Below are positions 25,494 to 39,079 of a DNA stretch of 64,000 nucleotides, in pieces. Position 1 is the first letter of the stretch. Each line of letters starts with the position of its first letter. Source of the stretch: Macrostomum hystrix. Lineage: Eukaryota > Animalia > Platyhelminthes. Below the pieces are notes generated by a model that saw only the letters and a list, made by a program, of their open reading frames with translations, searched no databases and was not told where the DNA came from. Where the stretch lies: positions 248,001-312,000 of the forward strand of contig CATNEN010000005.1 in the NCBI GenBank assembly GCA_950097015.1, read 5' to 3'. Both the position numbers and the translations under genes were made by a program.

Positions 25494-28348
25494 CTAAACC
25501 CAGCACACGTACAGTGCCTGTAGGAAACTGGCGCACGGCGGGTTAGAAACTAAACTCGAAGACGATCCCGACGGTGCTCTCAATTCGAGTTTGGCGCCGC
25601 AGCCGCCGCCAACAGCGCGACCCTCCAGCTCGCAAGGAAGTCGACACAGACTGGGAAGCGACAGTGCTGACGGCATTTGCTGACCAATGCCATGTACATA
25701 CAGTGTCAATCGATACCAACATCCTGGTAGCAGCACAATGGCGCGTGGAAACAACACTTCAATTAGGCCAACATTGTGGCGAATAATCTGATTGCAAATC
25801 AATGCCGGTTCATTGTCCCTACGAATTAGATAGTGCTGATCATCGTCAACTAATGTTATATCGGCGGAAACTATGATTACAGAAGACACTGGATTGGCCA
25901 AAGGCTCTTGTCTTATTGTTCTCTGTTGTTGATGCTGCTGCTGCTGTTGCTGACGAAACAGATGCAAACCGGTAAGTAGCACTCTCCTACTAGGCCTTAT
26001 TTCAATGCAGCCATAGATACCATGGCTAGAAACTGTTTCGTTGGTAACTAAAGCTGCTATAGTGGAAGACTGCAATACGCCGCTAATTTCGCCAGTAGTT
26101 TCCAAGCTTTGATTAGCCGAAAATAGAGTGGATACAGAGGGCGGCAAAGAGACTGGAAATCGCGAGTTAGATACAGAGCGAGTGTCTGGGCGAGCAGCAG
26201 CAGCTACTACTGACAAATCACACAGCGACAGAAGTTCAGGTTCTCCGGGTAGACAGGGATTCCTCGGTCGCGCGTTCAAGAGACTGATATTTGAATTGGC
26301 GACGGCTGCAATGGAAAAGGGAGTGTACGGATTAGAATCTGGATACTGGAGTGACTCATTAGAGGTCAGTCAGTTGAGGCACTCTCTCAATACTGGAGTG
26401 ACTCACTCAAGTACAGTCAGTTGAGGCACTCTCTCAATACTGGAGTGACCCACTCAAGTACAGTCAGTTGAGGCACTCTCTCAATAGTAGAGTGACTCAC
26501 TCGAGTACAGTAAGTTGAGGCACTCTCTCAATACTAGAGTGACTCACTCGAGTACAGTCAGTTGAGGCACTCTCTCAATACTAGAGTGACTCACTCAAGT
26601 ACAGTCAGTTGAGGCACTCTCTCAATACTGGAGTGACCCACTCAAGTACAGTCAGTTGAGGCACTCTCTCAATACTAGAGTGACTCACTCGAGTACAGTC
26701 AGTTGAGGCACTCTCTCAATACTAGAGTGACTCACTCGAGTACAGTCAGTTGAGGCACTCTCTCAATAGTAGAGTGACTCACTCGAGTACAGTCAGTTGA
26801 GGCACTCTCTCAATACTAGAGTGACTCACTCAAGTACAGTCAGTTGAGGCACTCTCTCAATACTGGAGTGACTCACTTAAGTACAGTCAGTTGAGGCACT
26901 CTCTCAATACTGGAGTGAATCACTAGAGTACAGTCTGTTGAGGCATTCTCAATACAGGAGTGACTCATGTTTACTTACAGTTGAGGTCATTCTCGCTAGT
27001 CCATGTGAGAATCTGTACTAACTGTTCGCATGTGAGCAGTCTAGTTGGCGCAACCAATTGCCCAATCTGACGACGCGACATTCTAGGAAATCTGACGCAG
27101 CTAAGCAGTTCTGGCGTTAGGAAAGCAATGCGTCTGCTTCTAACATTTTCAATGTCATTCGGATCTGCTGCAGTATCTTCTTCGCTGTTTAAACAGCTGG
27201 TCACGTCGGCGCCTGAGAAGCCATTAGCATCGGCCCAACGTAGAAGCCAATTAAAGATTTCCATTTCGTCGCAAGGTAGGCCGTCCTGAGACAGCACGCA
27301 TGCAATCAAAGCTGTCGAGTAGGATTCCGAGACGCTTAAATCGCGATTTTGGCTATGACCTAACAGCTCGGCACTGACACGCTCCCATTGCTGACAGATT
27401 AAACGAAGGCAAGGCTGTACAACTGATGGCACCTGACCAATTGATCGTTCGGATACACGGATTAGGCCTAATTTCATTTATGTTTTTAGATATAGTAGAT
27501 AGAATCTATAATTATTTAAGGATATAATTTAGACAATTTGTGTACGGCACTGGACTGTTCAGTCCATGGACTGGGGGACTCTATAACCTTCCTTAATTAC
27601 CTCAGCTGATGCTGGTACCCAACTAGATCCAGTGGACGAGTTGCTGGGTGAAATGACGCAATGCAGAGTTAAGTGTCTTGATAAGGGACACTAATTGTTA
27701 CTGTCGACTTTTTAGTCGTGATACCCTATGAGTAGATAATAATTATTTATTTATAATAATTAACAAAGCAGTGCAGCTCACCTCCAGAAACATACAGTGC
27801 TCCAGCACTATCAAAGCGTTCTCTACAGTCAGATGCTGGCGCAAATATTGGCAACAGTCGCTAACAAGACCTTCAATAAGATACTTCTTGGCTGCATAAA
27901 GTGTTTGAAAAACACTGTCATTGTCAATACCATGGGTACAGTCGGTATAAGCATACACCAGCAGATTCCTGAATGCCACAGGTTCAATGTCTTCTAACTC
28001 ATAGCTATTGTTGCCAATGTCATCATCTCCTTGACGTTGAAGTGGACTATTGAACATGGCTAGAAATACAGGACTAACGGCGCCCAATAAGACTCGATGA
28101 GCATTGAACTGCTGCCGGCTATCTCCAACTAGAAAGCTGACGTCGCAGAATTCACCAACATCTAGACAATGCTGCATGCGACTTTGTAAGCTTTTTTTAG
28201 GCTCCAACTTCTGCTGTTCTGTTGCCACATTGGAGCAATGATAACTTTGACAAGTCGCATCAACAATTGAGGCGCTGTTTAACGCATTCACTCTGCTCTG
28301 TTCTGATTGGCTAGGTAGATTGTGTACACCACCTGACATGATGCTCAT
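25494..28348 (-). CDS. BTB-BACK-PHR domain protein (BTBD1/2/3/6-like Cul3 adaptor)
   Basis: Exons 28348-27782, 27432-26979 and 26305-25494, frame-consistent. BTB: CDVSFLVG...FNAHRVLLGAVSPVFLAMF, AAKKYLI. BACK: DEMEIFNWLLRWA, VRFPRMS. The PHR-like IEVLFPRAIVLLPGCWYRLTL follows LNARPR. Confidence 0.85.
26345..26970. repeat. 47-bp minisatellite filling BTB intron 2
   Basis: Unit gagtgactcactcgagtacagtcagttgaggcactctctcaatacta. Confidence 0.95.
27545..27690 (-). mobile_element. SINE family A fragment in BTB intron 1
   Basis: gttcagtccatggactggg...gcagagttaagtgtcttg. Confidence 0.65.
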
Positions 28349-31300
28349 GCTGCATTGCAAAAGATATCCATTTTAAAAATAAATACAATATTTTGTAACT
28401 AGGCTAGTCATAAAACTCTCCGAAATACTCTGGCTCATGGGCTGTTATTCCATTTTTAATTGCATTAAACAGCCGACTTTCTTAATATTATCTTACCCTA
28501 TTTTTTTCTAACTATTTCTTATCATTGAGAATACTGAATGCTAAGTGCTACATATGGAAGACAATTGCCAAATGCTAACAATGCCTGGCACCTTATTAAC
28601 ATAGCAGCTTGTTGGAATAGGATAGCCTGCCGACACTACAGCTATACAAGGTTGAGGTTGAAGTGCAATTAGACTATTGAAATAATGACTGTTAAGTTAC
28701 ATAGTACATCAAAGGTGCAGACTGTGCATTGTTTGAGATCTGATTGATCTGATCTTAGTTTTCTGTCACCTCCTTATTTGTGCCTAACTTATCCCTCATC
28801 TGCGACTCAGTTTTCTCTCAAGTGCAACTTAGTTTGGTTCTTTGCTTTATTTACAACTTACTTTGCTTGGCACTCATTTCACCTGGCCAAATTAGCAGTC
28901 AACTGGGTGTTGCGCATTCATGGCTACATCATAGCATAACAAAGGACACAAGAGCAGTGCATCTTACTTTTTCTGTCCATGTCCCTAGTTATTACCCACT
29001 CTGTGCCCAAAGCCACAGCAGCCATGCCTCTTGCAGTGTAGACTTGTGGCACAGCTGCTCTGTCCCGAGATATATACCACTACCACACCTACTGGCATGG
29101 TGGTTGTCTCAAAATCGTTAGCTGTAAATATACATAATATAATAGCATAAGTACATGGTCCTAGACAAATTTCACAAAATATTTTTTCATACTATATTAC
29201 TTGGTATTTTATTATTGCTAGTGGTTGTAAGGGTTGCCAAAACTGTGGGTGAGTGTAGATATGATCATGACTCATAATCATACATACTTGTGAACATAAT
29301 TGTAAACAATTGTAATGTTAGGGGCTTAATCATAAACATAATAATACTCACACAAATTGATGCCTTTCGCATGCTGCCACATTTTGCAATAGCAATATCA
29401 TAACTTTGACTTAAGTATTATCAATAAATGTATCACTGCACCCATTGTATACATGTGGTATTGGTAATTGGTTGCATCAGTTAAAAAATAAAATGCTTTT
29501 CAGTTTGTTTTTATAGATTTTTTCATATTTCATATTCATGTTCTGTAGAGTCATAAGTTATGCATAGTGTGGTTAAGCTTTGATGTGATATATTCAATCC
29601 AGAGCCATGCAGGCAAAGTTTATGCCAAATTTGATTTACCAAAGAGATATTTTGCTGATATGGCTGAACAGAAGTGGTCTTTTGTTAAAGTGGACTGAAG
29701 CTGTTGTAAGATAGAATTTCTTGGTGACCCCTAACAATGGCAATATCATTGCTGTGATAGAATTGCTTTGTTACAAAGACATGAAATGCACTGCATAAAT
29801 CAAAGAAGTATTACTGCTGCTTTAAAAAACCATAATTTACTAGTCATAGAGCTCATAATTTTTATTTAGAGAACCACCATTCCCCTTATTACGGGAGTGG
29901 TACATAGACCCTAGGCCCTAACTAGGGATTTGGCACAGCCACTATGTCACTAGTCTTTAAAAGAAAAAATATTGTGATAAATACATATGTAGCTTTTTAC
30001 AACTTTGCATAGCTAGCCAAAAAAGTGACACATAAGACATTAAACATGTTAAACACTTATTATACACATAAAATATATCATGAAATGGTTCTTAGACACT
30101 TTTGTCATCTGGTTTTCAGATTGGACACTGCTATCCAGACAATTGGAAAGTATTATAGTTAAAGTTAAGTCAGTTTGCCAACCATCAATAGAAACTAGTT
30201 TCGATTTGATTTATAGTTGCTGATGTGTATAGTATATGGAAAACTGAGGGCAAACTGTGAGTGTTGTCATAAAATTTAAATAACTAATGCTTAAATTTGT
30301 TAATTAACACAGACTGTGTCGCAAAAGGAGTACAACTGATTTGAGCATCTCTAAGCTCAAACTTGACTGTTTCTGATGCTTTGCAGCAGCTGCCTGGAAC
30401 ATCACAGAATGCAGTCAAGACAGATTATTTAATTATCAAAGAAGAGAACAATGACGACTTTTTGAATGAAGCCTCTATGGATGGTAAAGAAAAAGCGATT
30501 GTCGCTGAGCTTAAGTTACTTAACAAGAGTATTCAGAAACTTATTAGGCTAAGTTCTCAGAGTATCTCAGCTCAGCAGGTGACAGCTACACAACTGAGAA
30601 AGTTGCAAATGGTGATGGAGTGCAAAGCAGGGGACATTGGCAAACTCAGCCTGCTCTTGCACCTGTCACCTATTTTAAAGTCAGAAGGATTTCATTCAAC
30701 CCGCAAAATTTTGCACCCTCAATGTTGAACCAACATTGAACCATTTTGGAGAAATGGTGCCCAGTGGCAACATTATCAAATTGGTGTCAATGTTGAGCTC
30801 AGATTTCACTAGCTTAAGTCACATTTTATTCAAATTTGCACACCAGCAGCAACTTTTGCTGTTTGCTGTTTCTGTATTATATGACTTTGAACATTACTGA
30901 TTCAGTACCATTACATCAGACTTTTATATGCGTCTTCTGTAGCTTGCATGGCACACAAAAATATTTTTTACCGAAGGTGGGACTTAAAATGCAGGCCAGA
31001 CTTGTATGATTCTCTGTCTGAAGCACTATAATGATGTCCTTTGGGCACTAGCACTCTTGTGCTTTAGTGTTACTCTAGACAGCTTTTATGCTCCATAGTC
31101 AGTTTGATGTACATGGTGTCCTGCAAAATGGTGCCCATTTGGTCTCCCATGGACAAGGGAAATAATTAAGCTTTAGTTTCCAAGCAATGGTTTTATACTG
31201 TATTGTTTATGAGTATACTTGCATTTCTGTTTGTGTCTTTTTGTATGTATGTCTGCTTCTAAAATTTACTTGTGCACATTTTTTTTACTTTTTTCACAAA

Positions 31301-31744
31301 CATAAAAGTACATATTTTTTTAATTACATCTCTTTAGTGTACTTATCCTTAATGCTGTTCTATAACTGAGTTTAACTGTACTGTAAGTATAATCTATACT
31401 TAGACAAAAATATTTGTAGGCCTACCAAAAAGACATTCTTCACCACTATACAAATCCCCTAAATATTGTTACACAGTAACATGGTAGTTTTTTGTCTCTG
31501 TGATTTAAGTCTACAATACATGTAAGTACTTGGAAGTAGGTCAGATGACCGATAGTTCAAACATTGAATTCTTGGAAAGTACTTAGAAGTAGGTTGGTCA
31601 ACATGAAGTTCAAACATTGAATACTTGGGAAGTAATACTTGGAAGTTATTATCAGATACAGCTTGATGATAATATACCATGTTGCCATGGCACTCTAGCA
31701 CTGTGCTGGCATGGACTCCGGCATGCCATGGGTGAAGGATATCA

Positions 31745-32600
31745 TAGATGAGGCGCAGATAGGATAGGAAGCTGTTGTTGACTGGCTCAACTTCATCCGC
31801 AATATTTACACAATGTTACCTCGTGGATCACCCAACGCAGCTTGGTGGCCCAGGTGTCAATGTTGAAATAGACAAGAGCAAGTTTATGCACCGCAAGTAC
31901 CATCAGGGCCAGTATCATGAAGGTCATTGGGTGCTTGGTCTTGTTGAGAGAGGCACAAGGTGTTGCTCAATGGCTGCTATTCCCAACAGATCCACTAGGC
32001 CCTAACAGCCTACTGCCAACCAGACTGCCAATCAACCAGACTGTGCTCCCAAGAATGCATGTTATAACAGACCAATGGGCATACATGCGCAACCTCCCAA
32101 ATCTTAGCTGGGTGTGCAACTTAGTTTTTGCTCTCATTTGCAACTTAGTTCATTTCATTGTTCTATTTACAACATAGTTTGCTCTCTTTTGCTCTTTTTT
32201 TTCTCTCCCCTTTTTCCTTTTCTTCACGCGTTCCTTTTTTGTCCCTTGGTCCCCCTTTGATTTTTTTGCGCTTGGTTGATTGGTTTTTGCGACTTACCTT
32301 GCTTGGCCCTCTTTCACCCAGCCGGTTTGGCCGGGTCGGCCAGGTGTTGCGCATGTATGCCAATTGGCCATGTATAAGATGTTGGTCAATCACCTAATGG
32401 TCAACCATTTGCTGCACTTCAGGGACCCTAACAACCCTGCAGTACACACGAATACTATTGAGCGAATGTTGGCCCATTGCAAAGCCAAATTTTGAGCTAT
32501 GCACAGGACCAGTAACAATTTGTTCACCACATACCTGCAGGAGTTTATGTGGTGCCGAGCTTTTCCCAAACAGCAATTTGGCAATATCCTCTACTAAATA
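31745..32600 (+). pseudogene. Decayed Merlin (IS1016/ISXO2-like DDE) transposase
   Basis: VVDWLNFIR, GGPGVNVEIDKSKF.HRKYHQG...HWVLGLVERG, VITDQW, VNH...DPNNPAVHTNTIER, YLQEFMW. Contains stops, frameshifts and an internal insertion. Confidence 0.85.
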
Positions 32601-34937
32601 ACACACTACTACCTTGTGTAGTCCAAACTTGAACTGCTTTTGTACTTCTATAACCTCTATAGCTCATTTTTGTTGCCTTGGGAGTCTAAAAAGTAAAAAA
32701 AACAGGGTCAAAATAATTTAGAGCCGGAATCCAAAGGATTGCCCAAAACTATATTAATTAGCTAATTTAGTTTAATTTAATTTAATTTAATTTAGCTACC
32801 AAGATGATTTTATTTAGACTAGGCCCCTAGTCAGTTTGTATAAAATATGGGTATAGGCCTATAAATTGTGAAAGTGGTTATAAAATAGGCCTAGGCATTA
32901 GCCTAGGCCCCTATGCTATATAGCAATTATAATTATATATAATAATATATATTTTATATGGAAATGCTTATTCCCACAGCCCTATGCCAATAATTTCAAT
33001 TTTATCCACACAGATCCATGCAGATAATTTTCTGCTTATCACCCGGCAGCTTGTATGAATAGGTCTACTTTCAAGTCCCTACCTATTCTAGGTATTCTAG
33101 GCATATTTAGGCCCCTAAAGAGTATTTTATATACTCTTTATATGTATTTTATAATGTATGAAGAGGTTGTAGCCTAGTGGTTAGGACGTCAGACTAACGA
33201 CTTGAAGGTCGAAGGTCAGAGTGTAACATGGGTGCATAGGAATTACGAATTGTCTACAAGTCTTGGTAACTATGCCATCCACCCACTTAGACCCTGGACA
33301 ATTCGTGATCCAGATGACAAAGTGTCCAGGAACTCATGAAATAACCTGGCTTCGTCGTTTTTGTTGTAATGAGATACGTCTATTCTGATATTTAGGAAAC
33401 TATGGAATACTCATAACTCTAAACTCTAGAGATTTAGAAAATAAAAATCTAAGATATATAATTATTGATATTAAGTCCAAGGGCCACTAGAGTACTACTC
33501 CTAATACTAGTAGGCCTACTACTCCTAGTGGTCCTCAATCAAGTATTGAAAGTACTATATAAAATTAAAGAAGCCCAGCTATAGATCTCTAGGTTTCTTT
33601 CTTTTCAAAACTTGCATGCTGCAAAATTGCAAATGTCTTAGCAATGTTTTTATGCAAATTATACATCTATGAAAGACAGTATTTATTTATTATCATAATT
33701 AGTTTTACTTGCATCAGTGTCCATCGATTCATTGCTTTGTTTTAGCCGATCTCTTGCCATGTGACAAAGACGCGATTGAGTATTTTAATTTTGTTGTGAT
33801 TCGGGTCGGTTAGATCAGCGTGAATAAGGTACTTATACACCTAAACCGAAAATTGCTAATTTTGGTAGTTCTTTCTATTGGCAGTGATATTTAAATTAAC
33901 ACTGCTTTAGTTAGCCTAGCTTAGCTATGCTTTTTTCAACAGTTTCATTATTTTTGTCCAACCTAAGAATTTAGTTGTCTGCCAATTCATAATTGGCCAG
34001 TTAGGCAGCTCGATCAATGTATGTATTAGATATTATGAAATTTATAACACTTAGTGTAACATTTATTTAATATTTTGATGCTGTTTAATGTGCATGCTAG
34101 CTGCCAGAAAAATTATTTTTAGGCCCACACACTATGGGCATAGGCCTATGGCATAGGACAGCTGATAGGTAGTTTCTATGAGACTTTTCTTTGTACTAAA
34201 ATGACATTGGCATTGTTGGTTTTATACTTTTATATTTGAATATAAATATCTGAATTGTTTCTTGATACCTATGAATATTCCTATACCAATTGATAATTTT
34301 TTATATATAGGCCTAGCCTACTCTGAAGTAGTTAGGCCCTAGGGCCTAGGCCTATTAAAAGTTTTAGACATAAACATTGAATTATAAAATAAATCAGACA
34401 CTCATATCTCATAGCATGGTATTCAGAATTCTCTCAAAAAAGTTAGTCTGACTTATATGCTGTTTATTGCAATTAATTTTTTTCTTTAAGATAGCAAGAA
34501 GATAATAGATTTTTTACAGAATAGAGCTGCAATCATGAACTTTAGTAAATCACATGTATTGCATTATCAAAATGTACATAACCTATGTAAGCAAGTGTAT
34601 CACAAGCTTGATAAGGCCTTGCTTTGAATTCAGAAATTCTAGGAAAACTGTATATTCTGCTTTATTTTTATCATGCTTTCCACAGAACTGAGCTACTCAA
34701 TCTGATGTGTCACAGTTAAAATAAAATATGCATGTGAATATAGATTATTTTTCCCATTTTACTGATATGCTGCAATTATTTTACTTTACTTACAGTTCTC
34801 AAGAGGTCTAAAGTAAAAACGAATTAAAAATAATTGTATTTAATGCCTAATGTCCTACTGACAACATTCATAATTTGTCCTAGACATCATAACTTAAAAA
34901 AATTTTCAGACAAACACTAACTTACTTACAAGGCCAG

Positions 34938-37590
34938 ATGTCTAGTCCTGTTTTGCTACGATCTAGTATGCCTTGGGGCGATGATACTAAGTTGGTGAGT
35001 GTTTAAACTTCAGTATTAAATTTAGAGACCTGTGTTTAGAGAATTGCGAGAGCTTTAATTGAATAATGCATCTAGAATTTGCAATTGAATAAGTCATGGA
35101 ATATTAAACAGGCTTTTTACTTTATAAGTTATTGTAAACAACAGGATTAAAAATTCTATTTGTACTCAAAATTATTATTAAATGCCTCGCCATCTAATTT
35201 GTGTGATTTAATTGGGTTAAAAATGAATGTTTTTATCTAAAAAGGAGACTAAGAAAAAACATTTTTATCAAATTGATCTATTTAGGCAATGACAAGACTA
35301 GAGCGGCACTGCAATGCTATCCTAGCCACTGTTACATATCTCAAGCGTGTCTGTCTTAGTCGGGTTGCCCATTTGCAGCTGAACAGCATGCAATACTTGC
35401 TAATTGGTCAGCATAGCGAGATGACATCAGCAGTGCGTCGGCTTTGTCAAGATTTGTACAAAAAGTGAGCTTTGTTATCGAATTATTTTGTCTTTTATTT
35501 CGGCTTTGTTATTAATTATTATCTAAATTTGGATTTACAGGATTGCAATGAGTGTCGGACTCGCGACTTGAAGGTCGGGAGTTCGATTCCTGATTCCACT
35601 GGAACAATTTGTGTCCTTTAGCAAGACACTCAACTCTGCATCACTTTAGTTAACCTAGCATTTGAATGGGTTACCAGCATTAGCTAGGGTAATTGGGGAG
35701 GTGGGTGTGGCGTCCCCCCAGTCCATGGACTGAACTGTCAATATCAGGTTTGTTAAGTTTCAGAACCGTGGAAACTCATTTTTTACTTAAAGTATTTTAT
35801 TGTAAATCTTAGTTGTGCTATCTCAGGTTCAGGTGGTTAATTTGCATTGAGTTTTCTTTGGTGATAATGTTGCTTGGTTTAAGGGTGTAGCTCGAAATCT
35901 AGATACTGGTGAAACAACTTCCCGCTAGACACCCATTTTCCGAGCCAGTAATAGGCTGACTGGCTGTCCCGTAAATACACACTGGACAGATAGTAGGAAA
36001 TTTCTAACGCACCCATTTAACAGCTGGGTGAACTCAGGCAATGCAGAGTTAAGTGTCTTGCTAAAGGACACAGTTTTTTTCTGTGGAGTCAGGAATCGAA
36101 CCCAGACCTTTAAGTCGTGAGTCCGACGCCCTAACCACTAGGCTAAAACCTCTTTGTGCAATATATTTTATAATAATAGTTTTTTAAAGCTAAATCAATT
36201 CTCTACACTTTAGTTAAGGCTTGTGCTTCTACCAATTTTAGCTACTGGGCTGTGCTTTAACAAAGTTTAAGGAAGACAAAAAATAGTCACTTAGCAAAGC
36301 ACTGTTTTATTAATTGCCAGATTTTTCGTGAAATGTAGCTAATTAACATTAATAAATTAATGTTTACGATCTACGATTTAAGATATCGTTAATTTGTTAA
36401 TGTTTCATTAATATGGATTGTTAACTTTACTTCCTGTTATTGTTGCGGGCGTCACAAATGGCAGTGCGATAAGTCCTTACTCTAAAATTTTTCTTTTTTT
36501 AGAGTTAATAAAATTTTAAGTATTTACAGGTTAGATTTGAAGAGTGTGCCTTGAAATTAAATTGTAGGCAATTCATCGTTGTAAGTGAATAATTTATGCA
36601 TACATTGTGATTTGTTTATTTTACACATACTTTGCCGCTACATGAAATGATCATGTAGCCCTTCTGTGTACAGACAAGTAAACCTTAGCAATCAAATTAA
36701 ATCTCTGTGATCTTGAAACGTGACAGCCGCCACATTGCCTCATGATAAATCATGCATCGTGTGTTACTCAGGGATTTTCAAAGACCCTTTCTCCTAGATT
36801 TCTCAATCCCATTCAGGGATTCTCAAAGACCCTTTTCCCAGATTTCGCAATCCCATTCAGGGATTCTCAAAGATCCTTTCTCCCAGATTTCTCAATCCCA
36901 TTCAGGGATTCTCAAAGACCCTTTTCCCAGATTTCGCAATCCCATTCAGGGATTTTCAAAGATCCTTTCTCCCAGATTTCTCAATCCCATTCAGGGATTC
37001 TCAAAGACCCTTTTTCCCAGATTTCTCAATCCCATTCAGGGATTCTCAAAGACCCTTTTTCCCAGATTTCTCAATCCCATTCAGGGATTCTCAAAGACCC
37101 TTTTTCCCAGATTTCTCAATCCCATACAGGGATTTTTAATGACCCTTTTCCCCGATTTCGTAATCCCATTCAGGGATTTTCAGAGATCCTTTCTTTCATA
37201 TCCCGAAAATCCCATCTTAAGATATTCAGCCTCCGTTTCTTCCAATTCCCGAAATCCCTTTTTGGGATTTTCAGCACAATTTTATCGGCATCCCGAAATG
37301 CCATGTTATAACTGATGTCGTAGCTTTTGAAATCCAGGTAGTAATTTTAATAAATTATCCCAACCGTTTGTCCATTTCACAGGCAATCTGGCCAGTTTGA
37401 AGCTCTGCTATCTTCTGCCAATGCCTCGCTAGCCAGTCTGTGCTGTTGGTTAGATCGCCGCTTGGCATTTGCTAGACAGTCCTGCAATGGGAATAATTTT
37501 ATAACTATTGAAGAAAACAACGATGCATGTAAAGGCGAAATCAATAATAATGGGACATCAGTTATGAGCGATTATCGAGACAAAATTTCG
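34938..37590 (+). CDS. RAPGEF1: N-terminal exons of the C3G/RAPGEF1-like gene (helical N-terminal domain)
   Basis: Exons 34938-34994, 35286-35464 and 37383-37590 splice in frame: MSSPV...DTKL|AMTRLERHCNAILATVTYLKRVC...LYK|KQSGQFEALLSSANASLASLCCWLDRRL. This matches the recalled C3G N-terminal patterns LExxxxxVxxAxxYxK and SLAxLxxWxD. The exons linking it to 43437 are unresolved. Confidence 0.7.
35545..35737 (+). mobile_element. SINE family A
   Basis: tRNA-like head, body and ccagtccatggactgaac tail. Confidence 0.7.
36010..36146 (-). mobile_element. SINE family A, 5' half
   Basis: Reverse complement reads tagcctagtggttagggcgtcggactcacgac...ggttcgattcc. Confidence 0.7.
36760..37190. repeat. 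44-45 bp minisatellite
   Basis: Unit cccattcagggattctcaaagaccctttttcccagatttctcaat. Confidence 0.9.
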
Positions 37591-37699
37591 GTAAGTAAAC
37601 ACCATTTAAAGTAATCGCTATTTTGCTAACATATCGGATAGCAGTAAGTGTAAAATTTATAACAAAATTAACCACTAATTATCAGAAATTCGATTTCCA

Positions 37700-38160
37700 A
37701 TCACATTCCTCAGATTAGGAATCTCCCCTATCACAGATTCCTTAAATTGGGAAATCTCCCCTATCACAGATTCCTTAGATTGGAAATCTACCCTATCACA
37801 GATTCCTCAAATTAGAAAATCTCCCCTATCACAGATTCCTCAGATTGGAAATCTCCCTTATCACAGATTCCTCAGATTGGAAATCTCACTTATCACAGAT
37901 TCCTCAGATTGGAAATCTCCCTTATCACAGATTCCTCAGATTAGAAAATCTCCCTTATCACAGATTCCTCAGATTGGAAAATCTCCCCTATCACAGATTC
38001 CTCAGATTGGAAATCTCCCCTATCACAGATTCCTCAGATTGGAAATCTCCCCTATCACAGATTCCTCAGATTAGGAAATCTCCCTTATCACAGATTCCTC
38101 AGGTTCTGAGAAATGTCCCTTATCACAGATTCCTCAGGTTCTGAGAAATGTCCCTTGATC
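37700..38160. repeat. 32-33 bp minisatellite
   Basis: Unit gattcctcagattggaaatctcccctatcaca. Confidence 0.9.
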
Positions 38161-39079
38161 ACAGACTTAATATTTGATATATTTTAAGACATATTTAAAG
38201 TTTTCATATAATATTATTTTAGGTGACATATTTATGTTTACGCAGTTTTCGAATATTTATGTGAGCCTTTAAAAAATAACAGATAGATGTACACCTTGCT
38301 TCTTAACTTAAATTGGTTTATTTATTTTGTTAGATCGAAATTTTTATATTGACATTGCCTTCCAACGCCCTACTGCTTCTGACAAAGTTTTGGCATTCGT
38401 TTTCTATATATCTGTTTCTCTTACGTAAATAGGCATCTGACACTAATTTATTATCTTAAATTTCAGCAAAATTAGATTCTTTTTTTTTACAATTTATCGT
38501 GCAGAATGAAAACAGGAAAACACCTTATCACGTACACCAGTCGTTTGCGATGTGAAGTCTGAATTTTGTGAAGAAATTATTGCAGGTTAGAATTGACGCA
38601 TTCAATCGAGTCACAAAAGTGGTGTAATGTGACTAACAATAATATGTATTTAGATTCTCATTTATTTTACATAACTGTAGCAATTCTTTATAGTTAAATA
38701 TAGAAAGACTCTAAATGTCATATACCTACATTAACACAGATTTTCATTCGATAATATGGCGAGAAAATTAGTTTTTAGCTTCGACTAGAATAGAAAACTG
38801 ACTGCTTCGGTAAGTCTAACTGGGTGTGTTAATGTTTTGTTATTCTACAGTTTTCGCGTTGTTCATTTTCGTTAGTCAAAATTATTTCTATCCTAATTCA
38901 GTCCTGTGTAGCTCGTGTTAAGCGTTTTACATGTACTACTTTCGTCAGCTTCTGTTGATCTGCAGTTCTACATAATTATCTGCCTTTATATTTGCCCTCT
39001 TTTAGTTTCGCAATAATCTTATTGTCCCGTAGACCTTCCATAAATCCCATTCTTCAGCCTTAGTTAATCTTACCATTAC

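Noticed and set aside
30363-30728. 121-aa ORF with a helical-looking segment
   Set aside because: It has no ATG start, no recognisable motif and no frame-consistent neighbouring exon. It lies in the CpG-decayed block and is possibly a TE remnant.
29900-34360. Recurrent taggccta/ctaggccc palindromic words
   Set aside because: They are short, irregularly spaced and define no element boundaries, so I cannot support a function.
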